Source: Candidatus Rokuibacteriota bacterium (lineage in GTDB: Bacteria; Methylomirabilota; Methylomirabilia; Rokubacteriales; CSP1-6). Taken from it: a stretch of 64,000 bases of DNA. The notes under the pieces are model-generated. The model was not told the origin of the DNA and did no database searches. It was given only the letters and a program-made list of their open reading frames with translations. Shown here in pieces: positions 22,230-30,307 of the stretch (positions are counted from its first letter, which is position 1; each line of letters opens with the position of its first letter). The stretch covers positions 5,397 through 69,396 of the forward strand of contig QHSB01000233.1 of NCBI GenBank assembly GCA_003220335.1, read 5' to 3'. Position numbers and translations under genes: made by a program.

Positions 22230-22379
22230 AGCTCACCCATTCTGAAACCCTTGAAAAGACGCGACCCCGCCGGCGGCGGTGGCCGCATCCGAGACGGCGG
22301 CGTGGCACGCGTGGCTAGAAACTGATCAACCCGGCGGCGCCCCTTTCGTTTCATCCGCCCATGCCTCAGTATCCTCGCC

Positions 22380-23066
22380 ATGATCTCGACCCATTCGCTC
22401 GTCCTCGGGCTGGCCGCGGCACTGACGCTGCTCACGGTCTCCGACGCGCCGGCCGGTCCGGCCACGGAGCAGCTCCGCACGTCGGTCGATCAGGTTGTGA
22501 AGATCCTCTCGGACCCGGAGCTCAAGAAAGAGGCGAGGTCGCTGGAGCGTCGCCGGTCGATCCGCGCCATCGCCAACCAGATCTTCGACTTCGGCGAGAT
22601 CTCCCGACGAAGCCTGGCGCTGCACTGGCAGGCGCGCACGCCGGCGGAGCGCGAGGAGTTCACGCGTCTCTTCGGGGACTTGCTCGAGCAGTCGTACATC
22701 TCGAAGATCGAGAATTATTCCGGCGAAAAGATCCAGTACGTCGGCGAGACGGCCGACGGCGACCGCGCCGTGGTCCGGACGCTGATCGTGACGAAGCAGG
22801 GCACGGCGATCCCGGTGGACTACCGCATGTTCCCGCAGAGCGACCGCTGGCGGGCGTACGACGTCACGCTCGAGGGCGTCAGCCTCGTCGCCAACTACCG
22901 CGCGCAGTTCAACGCCATCATCCAGCGCCACGGCTATCCAGACCTCGTCGCGAAGCTGAAGGTGAAGTACGACGAGCGCCCCGGACCGCGCGAGACCGGC
23001 CTTCGTGGCGAGACCGGCGGCCGCGCGGTCACCGCGCCGGTGCCCTCAGAGCGTCAGTCGCCCTAG
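22380..23066 (+). CDS. mlaC: MlaC/Ttg2D-family phospholipid-binding periplasmic protein
   Basis: Signal peptide. IFDFGEISRRSLALHW...ERE.F...F..LLE.SY...YRM....RW.AYDV.LEGVSLV.NYR.QF matches the MlaC family pattern. Confidence 0.8.
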   Translation: MISTHSLVLGLAAALTLLTVSDAPAGPATEQLRTSVDQVVKILSDPELKKEARSLERRRSIRAIANQIFDFGEISRRSLALHWQARTPAEREEFTRLFGDLLEQSYISKIENYSGEKIQYVGETADGDRAVVRTLIVTKQGTAIPVDYRMFPQSDRWRAYDVTLEGVSLVANYRAQFNAIIQRHGYPDLVAKLKVKYDERPGPRETGLRGETGGRAVTAPVPSERQSP

Positions 23067-26000
23067 CCGTTCGGCCCAGAACGTCATCCCGAGCTCCCCG
23101 AACGTCCGCTGCGCGGCGGCGAGATGCTCGGGTGACCCCGTGATCCTGGCCAGCGTCGCATGGCACCAGCCGCCCTCCGGACGCGCGCCGAGCTCACGCG
23201 CGAGGGCGAGCGCCTCCTCCGCGCGGGTGCGCGCCGTCGCCGCGTCGCCGTCGCCGAGCCGCAGCTCCGCTTCCAGGCGCAGCAGCGGGCCGCGGTAGCC
23301 GCGCGCGTCGCGCTCGGTCATGTCGGCGAGGCCGCGCGCGATGATCGGCCGGGCCTTGTCGGGACACCCCGCGGCGAGATAGACCGCGGCCGGCACCGAG
23401 CCGAAACGTGTCCATTGTAGCTGCGCGCCCGCCGGCCGCTCGAGGCCGCGCTCGAGATATTCGAGTCCGCGCGCGCGATCACCGCCGAGGAGCGAGGCCC
23501 AGGCGAGATAGAGTCCGTTGGCGCAGACGCCGTGCATCAGGTCGTGCTCCTCGGCGATGGCGAGCCCGCGCGTGAGAGCGACAACGGCCGCCTCCAGATC
23601 GCCCTGGAGCAGCTTCAGGTAGCCGAGAAACGCGTTCGCGATCGAGAGGCTCGAGGCGTGCCGGATCTCCGTCGCCATCCGGAGCGCCTCGGTGGCGGAG
23701 GCGAGGGCGGCGTCGAAGCGTCCCAGCGCACCCTCGGCCTCCGAGCGCCAGCCGCACAGGCTCACGAAGATCGGATAGACGAGCCCGGGCTCGTGGCCCT
23801 CGCCGGCCGTCGCGAAGAGCTCGACGCCGATGTCGAACTCCTCGACGGCCTCCTCGAAGCGTCCCATGTCGCGGCACGCGATGGCGGCGATGAAGCGCGC
23901 GTAGCTGCGCGTCCGCAGATCGCCGGCATCAGCGCGCGTCGCGGCCTCCCGCGCGCGCTCGAGCGCGCGGTGTAGCGTGCCCGGGATCGCGCCGGCCAGC
24001 GCGATCGCCTGCGCCTGCCGCACCTGCACGCGGGCGAGGCGCGGGCCGTCGTCGAGCGACCGCGCCAGCACCTCCACCTTGTCGCCGAGGGCGCCGAGCC
24101 CATCGACCTGGCCGGTCGAGATCCGCGTCGACCACAGCTCGAGGTATGCGTCCAGCTCGAGGTTGTGATCCGCCGCATCGCCCAGACGTTGGAGCGCGTC
24201 GACGCTGGCCTCGTAGAACGTCACCGCCGTGCCGTAGCGCGCCTCCGCCTGCGCCTTCGCCCCGGCGCGATAGAGATAGGTCGCCGCCGACGTCCACACC
24301 TCGCCGCGGACCGCGTGGTGCGCCAGGACCTCGACGCTCTCGGGCGCGTGGCCGCGTTCCCGTGACTCGAGCGCGGTGAGGACACCCGCGTGGACCAGGC
24401 GTCGACGCTCGCGGAGCAGGCTCTGGTAGGCCACCTCGAGCGTGAGCGCGTGCTTGAAGGTGTATTCGAGCTCGGGAAACAGGCTGGTCTCGTAGAGGAA
24501 CTCGGCGGCCTGCAGCTGCGCGAGGCCGCGCCGCAGCTCCAGCGCTGTCGTCTCTGCCACCGTCTCGAGCAGCGTGAGGGCCACGGTCTTGCCGATGACG
24601 GCGGCCGACTGGAGCAGGTGCTTGATCGACGGCGGCAGCCGGTCGATCCGCGCGGCGAGCACGGCCTGGACGGTGGCCGGCACCTGGATCGTGTCCAGCC
24701 CTTTCGCGAGCCGGAAGGAGCCGCGCTCGCCGGCGACCACGCCCGTCTCGACGAGCGTCCGCACGCTCTCCTCGAGAAAGAACGGATTGCCCTCGGTGCG
24801 GTCGAGGAGCAGGCGCTTGAGCGGCTCCAGCGGACGGCCCGCGCCCAGCAGTGCGTCCAGCAGCGCCGCCGCGCTCTCGGCCGCGAGGGGATCGATCCGG
24901 AGCTGGGTGTAGTAGGTCTTGCCGCCCCAGCCGTGCTGGTACTCGGGGCGATAGTTGACGAGCAGCAGCACGCGCGCCGTCGGCAGACTCTCGACGAGGC
25001 TGTCCAGGAGCGCCTGCGTCTCGCTGTCGATCCAGTGCAGGTCCTCGAAGAGGAGGGCGACCGGCTGCACCCGACTCTCGCGCAGCACGAACCGTTTGAT
25101 GGCGTCGAGGATGCGCTGGCGGCGCTCGGCGGCGCCCAGCGCGTCCCACTGGCGATCGCCCGCCGGCGTCCCGAGCAGCGCGAGCAGGGCCGGCAGCGCG
25201 TCGCGCAGCGTCTCGTCCAGCGTGAGCAGCTTGCCGGTGACCTTCTCGCGTACGACGCGCGGCTCGTCGCGCTCCTCGACCTTGAAATACATCCGCAGCA
25301 GGTCGATCACGGGCAGATACGGCGTCGCCTTGCCGTAGGAGACGGACGCCGACTCGAGGACCAGCCAGCCGTCGGTGAGGTGTGAGCGGCTGAACTCCCA
25401 GTACAGCCGCGACTTGCCGACGCCGGGCTCGCCGACCACGGCGACGAGTTGCCCGGAGCCGGCGCGTGAGCGGTCGCGCGCCAGCGCCAGCTGCTGCAGC
25501 TCGGGATCGCGGCCGACGAAGCGCGTGAGCCCGCGCGCGGCGGCCGCGTGCAGCCGCGAGCGGATCGGCGAGGCGCCGGTGAGCTCGTAGACCTCGAGCG
25601 GCGCGTCGAGGCCCTTCACCGGCCGCGGTCCCAGCGGCCGCGTGAGGACGTAGCCCTCGATCAGGGCCAGCGTCTCCGACGGAATCAGGATCGTGCCCGG
25701 CATGGCCATCTGCTCCATGCGGGCGGCCAGGTGTGTCGTCTGGCCGATCGCCGTGTAGTCCATGTGCAGATCGCTGCCGATGGAGCGCACGACCACCTCG
25801 CCGGAGTTGAGGCCCACGCGGATGTGGACCGGCAGCCCGAGGCTGCGATGCAGCTCCTCCGCGTGCTCCTTCACCCGCTGCTGCATCCGGAGGGCGGCGT
25901 AGCACGCGCGGACGGCGTGATCCTCGTGGGCGATCGGCGCGCCGAAGAGGGCCATGATGCCGTCGCCCATGACCTGGTTCACGGTGCCCTCGTAGTGGTG

Positions 26001-26384
26001 GACGGCCTCGATCATGCGCTCGAGCACGGCGTCGAGCAGCCGGCGGGCGTCCTCGACGTCGCGGTCGGCCAGGAGCTCCATCGAGCCCTTGAGGTCCGCG
26101 AAGAGCACGGTGACGTGCTTGCGCTCGCCCTCGAGGGCGCCGCGCGAGTCGAGGATCTTCTCCGCGATGTGCGTGGGCGTGTACTCGGCCGGTGAGGCGA
26201 AGCGCGTCTCGACGGCGGGGGCGGCGGCGCCCGCGGGCAGCGCGCACTCCGGGCAGAATTTCGCTCCCGGCGGCAGGCGCGTCCCGCAGCGCGCGCAGGC
26301 GGCCGCCGCCGCCAGCGGCGCCGCACACTCGACGCAGAACTTCGCGGCGGGCGGACTCTCGTGCTGGCAGCGGACGCACTTCAT
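23046..26384 (-). CDS. Double zinc-ribbon, class III adenylate/guanylate cyclase, AAA (STAND-like) ATPase and TPR protein
   Basis: MKCVRCQ...FCVEC and CARCG...FCPEC ribbons. VTVLFADLKGS...GDGIMALFG cyclase core. GEPGVGKS Walker A. A long helical repeat C-terminus. Confidence 0.85.
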   Translation of the reverse strand: MKCVRCQHESPPAAKFCVECAAPLAAAAACARCGTRLPPGAKFCPECALPAGAAAPAVETRFASPAEYTPTHIAEKILDSRGALEGERKHVTVLFADLKGSMELLADRDVEDARRLLDAVLERMIEAVHHYEGTVNQVMGDGIMALFGAPIAHEDHAVRACYAALRMQQRVKEHAEELHRSLGLPVHIRVGLNSGEVVVRSIGSDLHMDYTAIGQTTHLAARMEQMAMPGTILIPSETLALIEGYVLTRPLGPRPVKGLDAPLEVYELTGASPIRSRLHAAAARGLTRFVGRDPELQQLALARDRSRAGSGQLVAVVGEPGVGKSRLYWEFSRSHLTDGWLVLESASVSYGKATPYLPVIDLLRMYFKVEERDEPRVVREKVTGKLLTLDETLRDALPALLALLGTPAGDRQWDALGAAERRQRILDAIKRFVLRESRVQPVALLFEDLHWIDSETQALLDSLVESLPTARVLLLVNYRPEYQHGWGGKTYYTQLRIDPLAAESAAALLDALLGAGRPLEPLKRLLLDRTEGNPFFLEESVRTLVETGVVAGERGSFRLAKGLDTIQVPATVQAVLAARIDRLPPSIKHLLQSAAVIGKTVALTLLETVAETTALELRRGLAQLQAAEFLYETSLFPELEYTFKHALTLEVAYQSLLRERRRLVHAGVLTALESRERGHAPESVEVLAHHAVRGEVWTSAATYLYRAGAKAQAEARYGTAVTFYEASVDALQRLGDAADHNLELDAYLELWSTRISTGQVDGLGALGDKVEVLARSLDDGPRLARVQVRQAQAIALAGAIPGTLHRALERAREAATRADAGDLRTRSYARFIAAIACRDMGRFEEAVEEFDIGVELFATAGEGHEPGLVYPIFVSLCGWRSEAEGALGRFDAALASATEALRMATEIRHASSLSIANAFLGYLKLLQGDLEAAVVALTRGLAIAEEHDLMHGVCANGLYLAWASLLGGDRARGLEYLERGLERPAGAQLQWTRFGSVPAAVYLAAGCPDKARPIIARGLADMTERDARGYRGPLLRLEAELRLGDGDAATARTRAEEALALARELGARPEGGWCHATLARITGSPEHLAAAQRTFGELGMTFWAERLGRLTL

Positions 26385-26414
26385 GGCGGGCAACGCTACC
26401 GCGTGACCGGGCGC

Positions 26415-26443
26415 TTGACAACCACGGCCGGCCGCCGCAGAGT
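26415..26443 (+). promoter_or_regulatory. Candidate sigma-70 promoter for the VOC gene
   Basis: TTGACA-N17-CAGAGT, about 28 nt upstream of the ATG at 26471. Confidence 0.35.
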
Positions 26444-26470
26444 CGAGGCCGCCCGACGAAGGAGACCAGC

Positions 26471-26878
26471 ATGGCCAACCAGATCGCCGCGCAGGGTGTT
26501 CACCATTTCCGACTCACCGTCAGCAACGTCGATCGGGCCGTGAAGTTCTACACGGAGGTCCTCGGCTTCACGAAGCTCATGGACCTGAACCCGGGCGCGT
26601 TTCTGAGCAACGGCAGCGTGGGCCTCGGCATCGGGCCCCATCCCTTTCCGGACCGCGCGATCAAGAACGATCGCTTCGACGAGAACCGGATCGGCCTCGA
26701 CCACATGAGCTTCGCGGTGCCCTCACGGGCGGCGCTGGACGACGCGGTCCGCGTCCTCGACAAGCACGGGGTCGCGCACAGCGAGATCCGCGATCTCGGC
26801 GAGGCGTTCGGGATCTCCATCGTCGTGTTTCGCGATCCCGACAACGTGCAGCTGGAGGTCAGCGGGCCCCGGAAGTAG
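26471..26878 (+). CDS. VOC/glyoxalase-family protein
   Basis: AAGGAGA RBS. VHHFRLTVSNVDRAVKFYTEVLGF...GLDHMSFAV...FRDPDNVQLE is the paired beta-alpha-beta-beta-beta module signature. Confidence 0.85.
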   Translation: MANQIAAQGVHHFRLTVSNVDRAVKFYTEVLGFTKLMDLNPGAFLSNGSVGLGIGPHPFPDRAIKNDRFDENRIGLDHMSFAVPSRAALDDAVRVLDKHGVAHSEIRDLGEAFGISIVVFRDPDNVQLEVSGPRK

Positions 26879-27043
26879 CGTCGTCGGCCCGCGCACGGCC
26901 CGCAGCGACGACGCGGGGTCATCGGCACGGCGCACGGCGCGGACGAGGAGTCGGGCGCCGTGCACCGCGGCCCACCCGCCGCCGATGGCGAGCAGCGCGA
27001 CGACGACGTACTCCATCACGCCTCCCGCAGTGGCCGCAGTCAT
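26723..27043 (-). CDS. Possible small membrane protein; 3' end doubtful
   Basis: AGGAGG lies 6 nt before the ATG at 27043. MTAATAGGVMEYVVVALLAIGGGWAAV is one TM helix. The frame stays open antisense into the VOC gene, so the true stop is unclear. Confidence 0.3.
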   Translation of the reverse strand: MTAATAGGVMEYVVVALLAIGGGWAAVHGARLLVRAVRRADDPASSLRAVRGPTTLLPGPADLQLHVVGIAKHDDGDPERLAEIADLAVRDPVLVEDADRVVQRRP

Positions 27044-27157
27044 GTCGTCCTCCTCTCGAAGTTCGATGCCGAGCATCGTCACGCGGGGAGGGCGACGTCT
27101 CAATTACGCGCGAGGTACAGTACACTCGCCGAACAACTCACGGTCAGGGAGATCGCC

Positions 27158-27940
27158 ATGGCATTGCTCGACGGAAAAGTTGCCATCATCACGGGAGCGT
27201 CGAAGGGCATCGGGCGCGCGCTGAGCCTGAGGTTCGCGCAGGAGAAGGCCGCCGTCGTCTGCGCGGCGCGCTCGGCCGATCTCGTGCGCGAGACGGCCGA
27301 GCTGGTCGGCAAGGCGGGCGGCCGCGCCATCGCGGTCACGTGCGACGCCGCCAAGGAGGACGACGTCAGGCGGATGATCGCGGCGGGCCTCGAGGCGTTC
27401 GGCAAGATCACCACGCTGATCAACAACGCCGGCGACGGCGGGCCGACGAAGCCGGTGCAGGACTACACGATGGACGACTGGATGTACACGATCCATTCGT
27501 GCCTCACCAGCTCCTACGTATGCACGCGCTTCGCGGTGCCGGAGATGATCAAGGCAGGCGGCGGCTCCATCGTCAACATCTCCTCCGGCGCCGGCCGGCG
27601 CGGCTTGGCCTATCGCATCGGGTACTGCTCGGCGAAGGCCGGGCAGGTGGGCATGGCCTACGGGCTGGCGCTCGAGCTCGGGCCGCACGGGATCCGCGTG
27701 AACGTCGTGGCGCCGGGCGCCGTCGAGGGCGACCGCATCGACCGCGTGATCGCCGGTCAGGCGCAGGTGCGCGGCGTGAGCGAGGAGGCGATGCGCAAAG
27801 CGATGATCGAGCGCTCACCGCTCAAGCGGATGACCACGGCCGGCGACATCGTGGAGGCGACGCTGTTCTTCGCGAGCGATCTCGCGAAGAACATCTCGGG
27901 GCAGGTGCTCGCGGTGAACGCCGGCGAGCCGGCGGGCTAG
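27158..27940 (+). CDS. Short-chain dehydrogenase/reductase
   Basis: TGASKGIG cofactor motif, NNAG, and S...YCSAKAG catalytic triad. 260 aa. Confidence 0.9.
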   Translation: MALLDGKVAIITGASKGIGRALSLRFAQEKAAVVCAARSADLVRETAELVGKAGGRAIAVTCDAAKEDDVRRMIAAGLEAFGKITTLINNAGDGGPTKPVQDYTMDDWMYTIHSCLTSSYVCTRFAVPEMIKAGGGSIVNISSGAGRRGLAYRIGYCSAKAGQVGMAYGLALELGPHGIRVNVVAPGAVEGDRIDRVIAGQAQVRGVSEEAMRKAMIERSPLKRMTTAGDIVEATLFFASDLAKNISGQVLAVNAGEPAG

Positions 27941-27958
27941 CGGCCGCTCGTCAGGCGG

Positions 27959-28693
27959 CTACCAGCGCGCGCCGAGACCGACGAGGCCGGTATGACTGTC
28001 GAGGTCGGTGCGCAGCGTCGCCTTCAAGGCGTTGATGTCGCGGATCGCGAAATCGTGCGCGACGTGGGTGAAGCGGTACTCGCCGAACACCACGAGGTTC
28101 TTGTACACGGAGAGGGCCAGGCCGGCGCCGCCCTTGTAGCCGAAGGCGACGTCGGTGTCGTCGTCGAAGTTGCGAAACAGACGCGTGTTGCGCGGCGACA
28201 GCGTCGTGATGAACACCGAAGGGCCGCCGAGGAGGTAGGGCGTGACCCGTCCCCACGGCGCGGCTTCCGTCTTCAGCAGCGGCAGGCGCAGGAAGATGTC
28301 GAAGGAGAGCGCCTGGCTGGTGAGATCGTACGAGCCGAAGCCGATTTTGTTCGTCCCGCAGCTGTCGCGCGAGATCGGACAGCCGTCCACGCGGACCGAC
28401 TGGGGCCCGATGTTCGGCATGAAGTTGAAATAGTCCACGCCGAAGCCGAGGAAGGGGACCGAGTCGAGGTAGCGGCCGAAGCGCAGGCCGTACGCCAGGG
28501 CGGTGTCGAACTCGACGTCGCGGTACGTCGCGAGCCCCGCGGCCCTGTCGTGCACCGTGACGTCGTGCTTGTCGGTCAGGCTCGCGCCGACGTAGACATC
28601 GCCGAACCACTCCGCCGAGCAGGGCTTCGTTCCCAGGACCAGGCAGGCGATGCCGAGCAGCGCCGCCGTCCCGAGCTTCGTCACTGTCGTCAT
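27959..28693 (-). CDS. Outer-membrane beta-barrel protein (OmpW/OmpA-like barrel)
   Basis: Signal peptide. Alternating amphipathic strands and a C-terminal aromatic residue (...GLVGLGARW). Confidence 0.75.
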   Translation of the reverse strand: MTTVTKLGTAALLGIACLVLGTKPCSAEWFGDVYVGASLTDKHDVTVHDRAAGLATYRDVEFDTALAYGLRFGRYLDSVPFLGFGVDYFNFMPNIGPQSVRVDGCPISRDSCGTNKIGFGSYDLTSQALSFDIFLRLPLLKTEAAPWGRVTPYLLGGPSVFITTLSPRNTRLFRNFDDDTDVAFGYKGGAGLALSVYKNLVVFGEYRFTHVAHDFAIRDINALKATLRTDLDSHTGLVGLGARW

Positions 28694-28757
28694 CTCGTTC
28701 CTCCGGAGGCCCAGTGTAGCCGAGTCCCGCGATCCTCAGTATTTTTTGTGTCCGGGC

Positions 28758-29078
28758 CTAGCGGGGCCAGTACATGACGACCGCGACCCCGACCAGACAG
28801 AGCGCGCCGCCCAGCAGATCGAAGCGGTCGGGCGCGACGCGGTCGACGGCCCAGCCCCAGACAATCGCGAGCACGATGAACATGCCGCCGTACGCCGCGT
28901 AGACGCGGCCGAAATGCTGCGGCTGGTACGTCGGTACGAACCCATAGAGGACGAGGACGGCGGCGCCCAGCGCCCCGACGAGCGGCGGCGCGCCCTGGCG
29001 CCACCACTGCCAGACGAGGTAGCCGCCGCCGATCTCGCAGAGCCCGGCGAGGACGAAGAGCGCCAGCGACCGGATCAC
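28758..29078 (-). CDS. ynfA: YnfA-family (UPF0060) small membrane protein
   Basis: GTG at 29078. [16 protein letters not shown]...YAAYGG.FI...WGW is characteristic of YnfA. 106 aa. Confidence 0.8.
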   Translation of the reverse strand: MIRSLALFVLAGLCEIGGGYLVWQWWRQGAPPLVGALGAAVLVLYGFVPTYQPQHFGRVYAAYGGMFIVLAIVWGWAVDRVAPDRFDLLGGALCLVGVAVVMYWPR

Positions 29079-29124
29079 GCGATCAGCCTCGCCGCGGTCA
29101 CGGCGCGATCGTATCATCGCCGCC

Positions 29125-30141
29125 ATGCAGAAGATCGACGTGTTCCCCCACATCCTGCCGCGCCGCTATTTCGAGCGGATGCTGGCCGTCGCCCCCGCCG
29201 GCATGGCGCTCCAGAAGCGGATGTCCGGCATCCCGGTGCTCGTGGACGTCGATCGGCGCTTTCGGATCATGGACCGCTACGAGGGCTACGTGCAGGTGCT
29301 CACGCTGGCGAGTCCGCCCCTCGAGGTCGTCGGCGGCCCCGACGTCAGCCCCGACCTCGCGCGGCTCGCCAACGACGAGATGGCCGCGCTGGTCGAGCGG
29401 CACCCGGACCGCTTTCCCGCCTTCGTCGCCTCGCTGCCGATGAACAACCCCGAGGCCGCCCTGCGCGAGATCGATCGCGCGCTCGACACCCTCGGCGCCA
29501 CGGGTGTGCAGATGTTCTCGAACGTCGCGGGCCGACCGCTCGATCGGCCCGAGTACCGCCCGCTCTTCGCGTGCATGGCCGCGCGCGACCTGCCGATCTG
29601 GCTGCACCCGGCCCGGCCGGCCACGGTTGCCGATTACGCCGGTGAGGCGCGGAGCCAGTACGACCTCTGGTGGGCATTCGGCTGGCCGTACGAGACGAGC
29701 GTGGCCATGGGCCGCCTGGTCTTCTCCGGGCTTTTCGACCGGCACCCGAACATCAAGATCATCACGCATCACATGGGGGCGATGATCCCGTTCTGCGCCG
29801 GCCGCGTCGGCGGCGGGCTCGAGCAGCTCGGCACCCGCAGCGACGATCCCGATGATGCGGCCGCGCTCGGCCGCCTGGCGCGTCGGCCCATCGACTACTT
29901 CCGGCTCTTCTACGGGGACACCGCGCTCTTCGGCGCCTGGCACGCGATGGAATCGGGCCTCGCGTTCTTCGGCGCCGAGCGGATCCTGTTCGGCACCGAC
30001 ATGCCGTTCGACCCCGAGCAAGGCATCGGCTTCATTCGCGACACGATCGCCGCCATGGAGAAGATGCGCGCGAGCGACGCCGAGCGCGCCGCGATCTACG
30101 AGGGCAACGCCCGCCGCCTGCTCCGTCTCGAGCCCCGGTGA
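29125..30141 (+). CDS. Amidohydrolase-2 family protein (ACMSD-like metal-dependent hydrolase/decarboxylase)
   Basis: 338 aa. IDVFPHILP...; HHMG...; LFGTDMPFD matches the PF04909-type pattern. Confidence 0.8.
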   Translation: MQKIDVFPHILPRRYFERMLAVAPAGMALQKRMSGIPVLVDVDRRFRIMDRYEGYVQVLTLASPPLEVVGGPDVSPDLARLANDEMAALVERHPDRFPAFVASLPMNNPEAALREIDRALDTLGATGVQMFSNVAGRPLDRPEYRPLFACMAARDLPIWLHPARPATVADYAGEARSQYDLWWAFGWPYETSVAMGRLVFSGLFDRHPNIKIITHHMGAMIPFCAGRVGGGLEQLGTRSDDPDDAAALGRLARRPIDYFRLFYGDTALFGAWHAMESGLAFFGAERILFGTDMPFDPEQGIGFIRDTIAAMEKMRASDAERAAIYEGNARRLLRLEPR

Positions 30142-30150
30142 TGAGCACGC

Positions 30151-30307
30151 GGGTAATCGAGGAGCGCGCATCGGGGGGTGTGGGACCTTGTTGCGACTCT
30201 GGTCGCGCGCGAAGACGCGCGAAATACGCGAAATAGAGGAGCGCCACGGGTTCCCCGGGGCGCTCCGAACGCTGGGGGGGTGTGGGGGGCCATCTCGGGG
30301 CCCCCCA
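30151..30307 (+). repeat. G-rich hairpin repeat family, locus A (partial upstream unit plus full terminal module)
   Basis: 30234..30307 is TAGAGGAGCGCCACGGGTTCCCCGGGGCGCTCCGAACGCTGGGGGGGTGTGGGGGGCCATCTCGGGGCCCCCCA. It differs from 57956..58028 at about ten positions. 30151..30187 resembles the 46-bp unit of locus B. Confidence 0.85.

Noticed and set aside
22303-22317. A plus-strand TGGCAC (TGGCACGCGTGGCTA) as a sigma-54 promoter for mlaC.
   Set aside because: The -12 GC is not at the required spacing: N5 is followed by GCTA, not TTGC. Only the 8-bp palindrome CACGCGTG is notable.
22046-22379. 6S RNA, tmRNA, RNase P RNA, SRP RNA or a tRNA-like element in the long structured spacer.
   Set aside because: I compared the region by eye with remembered consensus features: tmRNA 5' GGGGCUGA with a tRNA-like 3' end, RNase P GGAAAGUCCGG, the SRP GGAAGCAGCC, and the 6S closing stem with central bubble. 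None fit. The region is explained instead by the GEMM-I aptamer plus promoter and expression platform.
23929-26478. 849-aa ORF in a second minus frame over the cyclase gene.
   Set aside because: It is an out-of-frame shadow of 23046..26384 and extremely Arg/Ala/Pro-rich.
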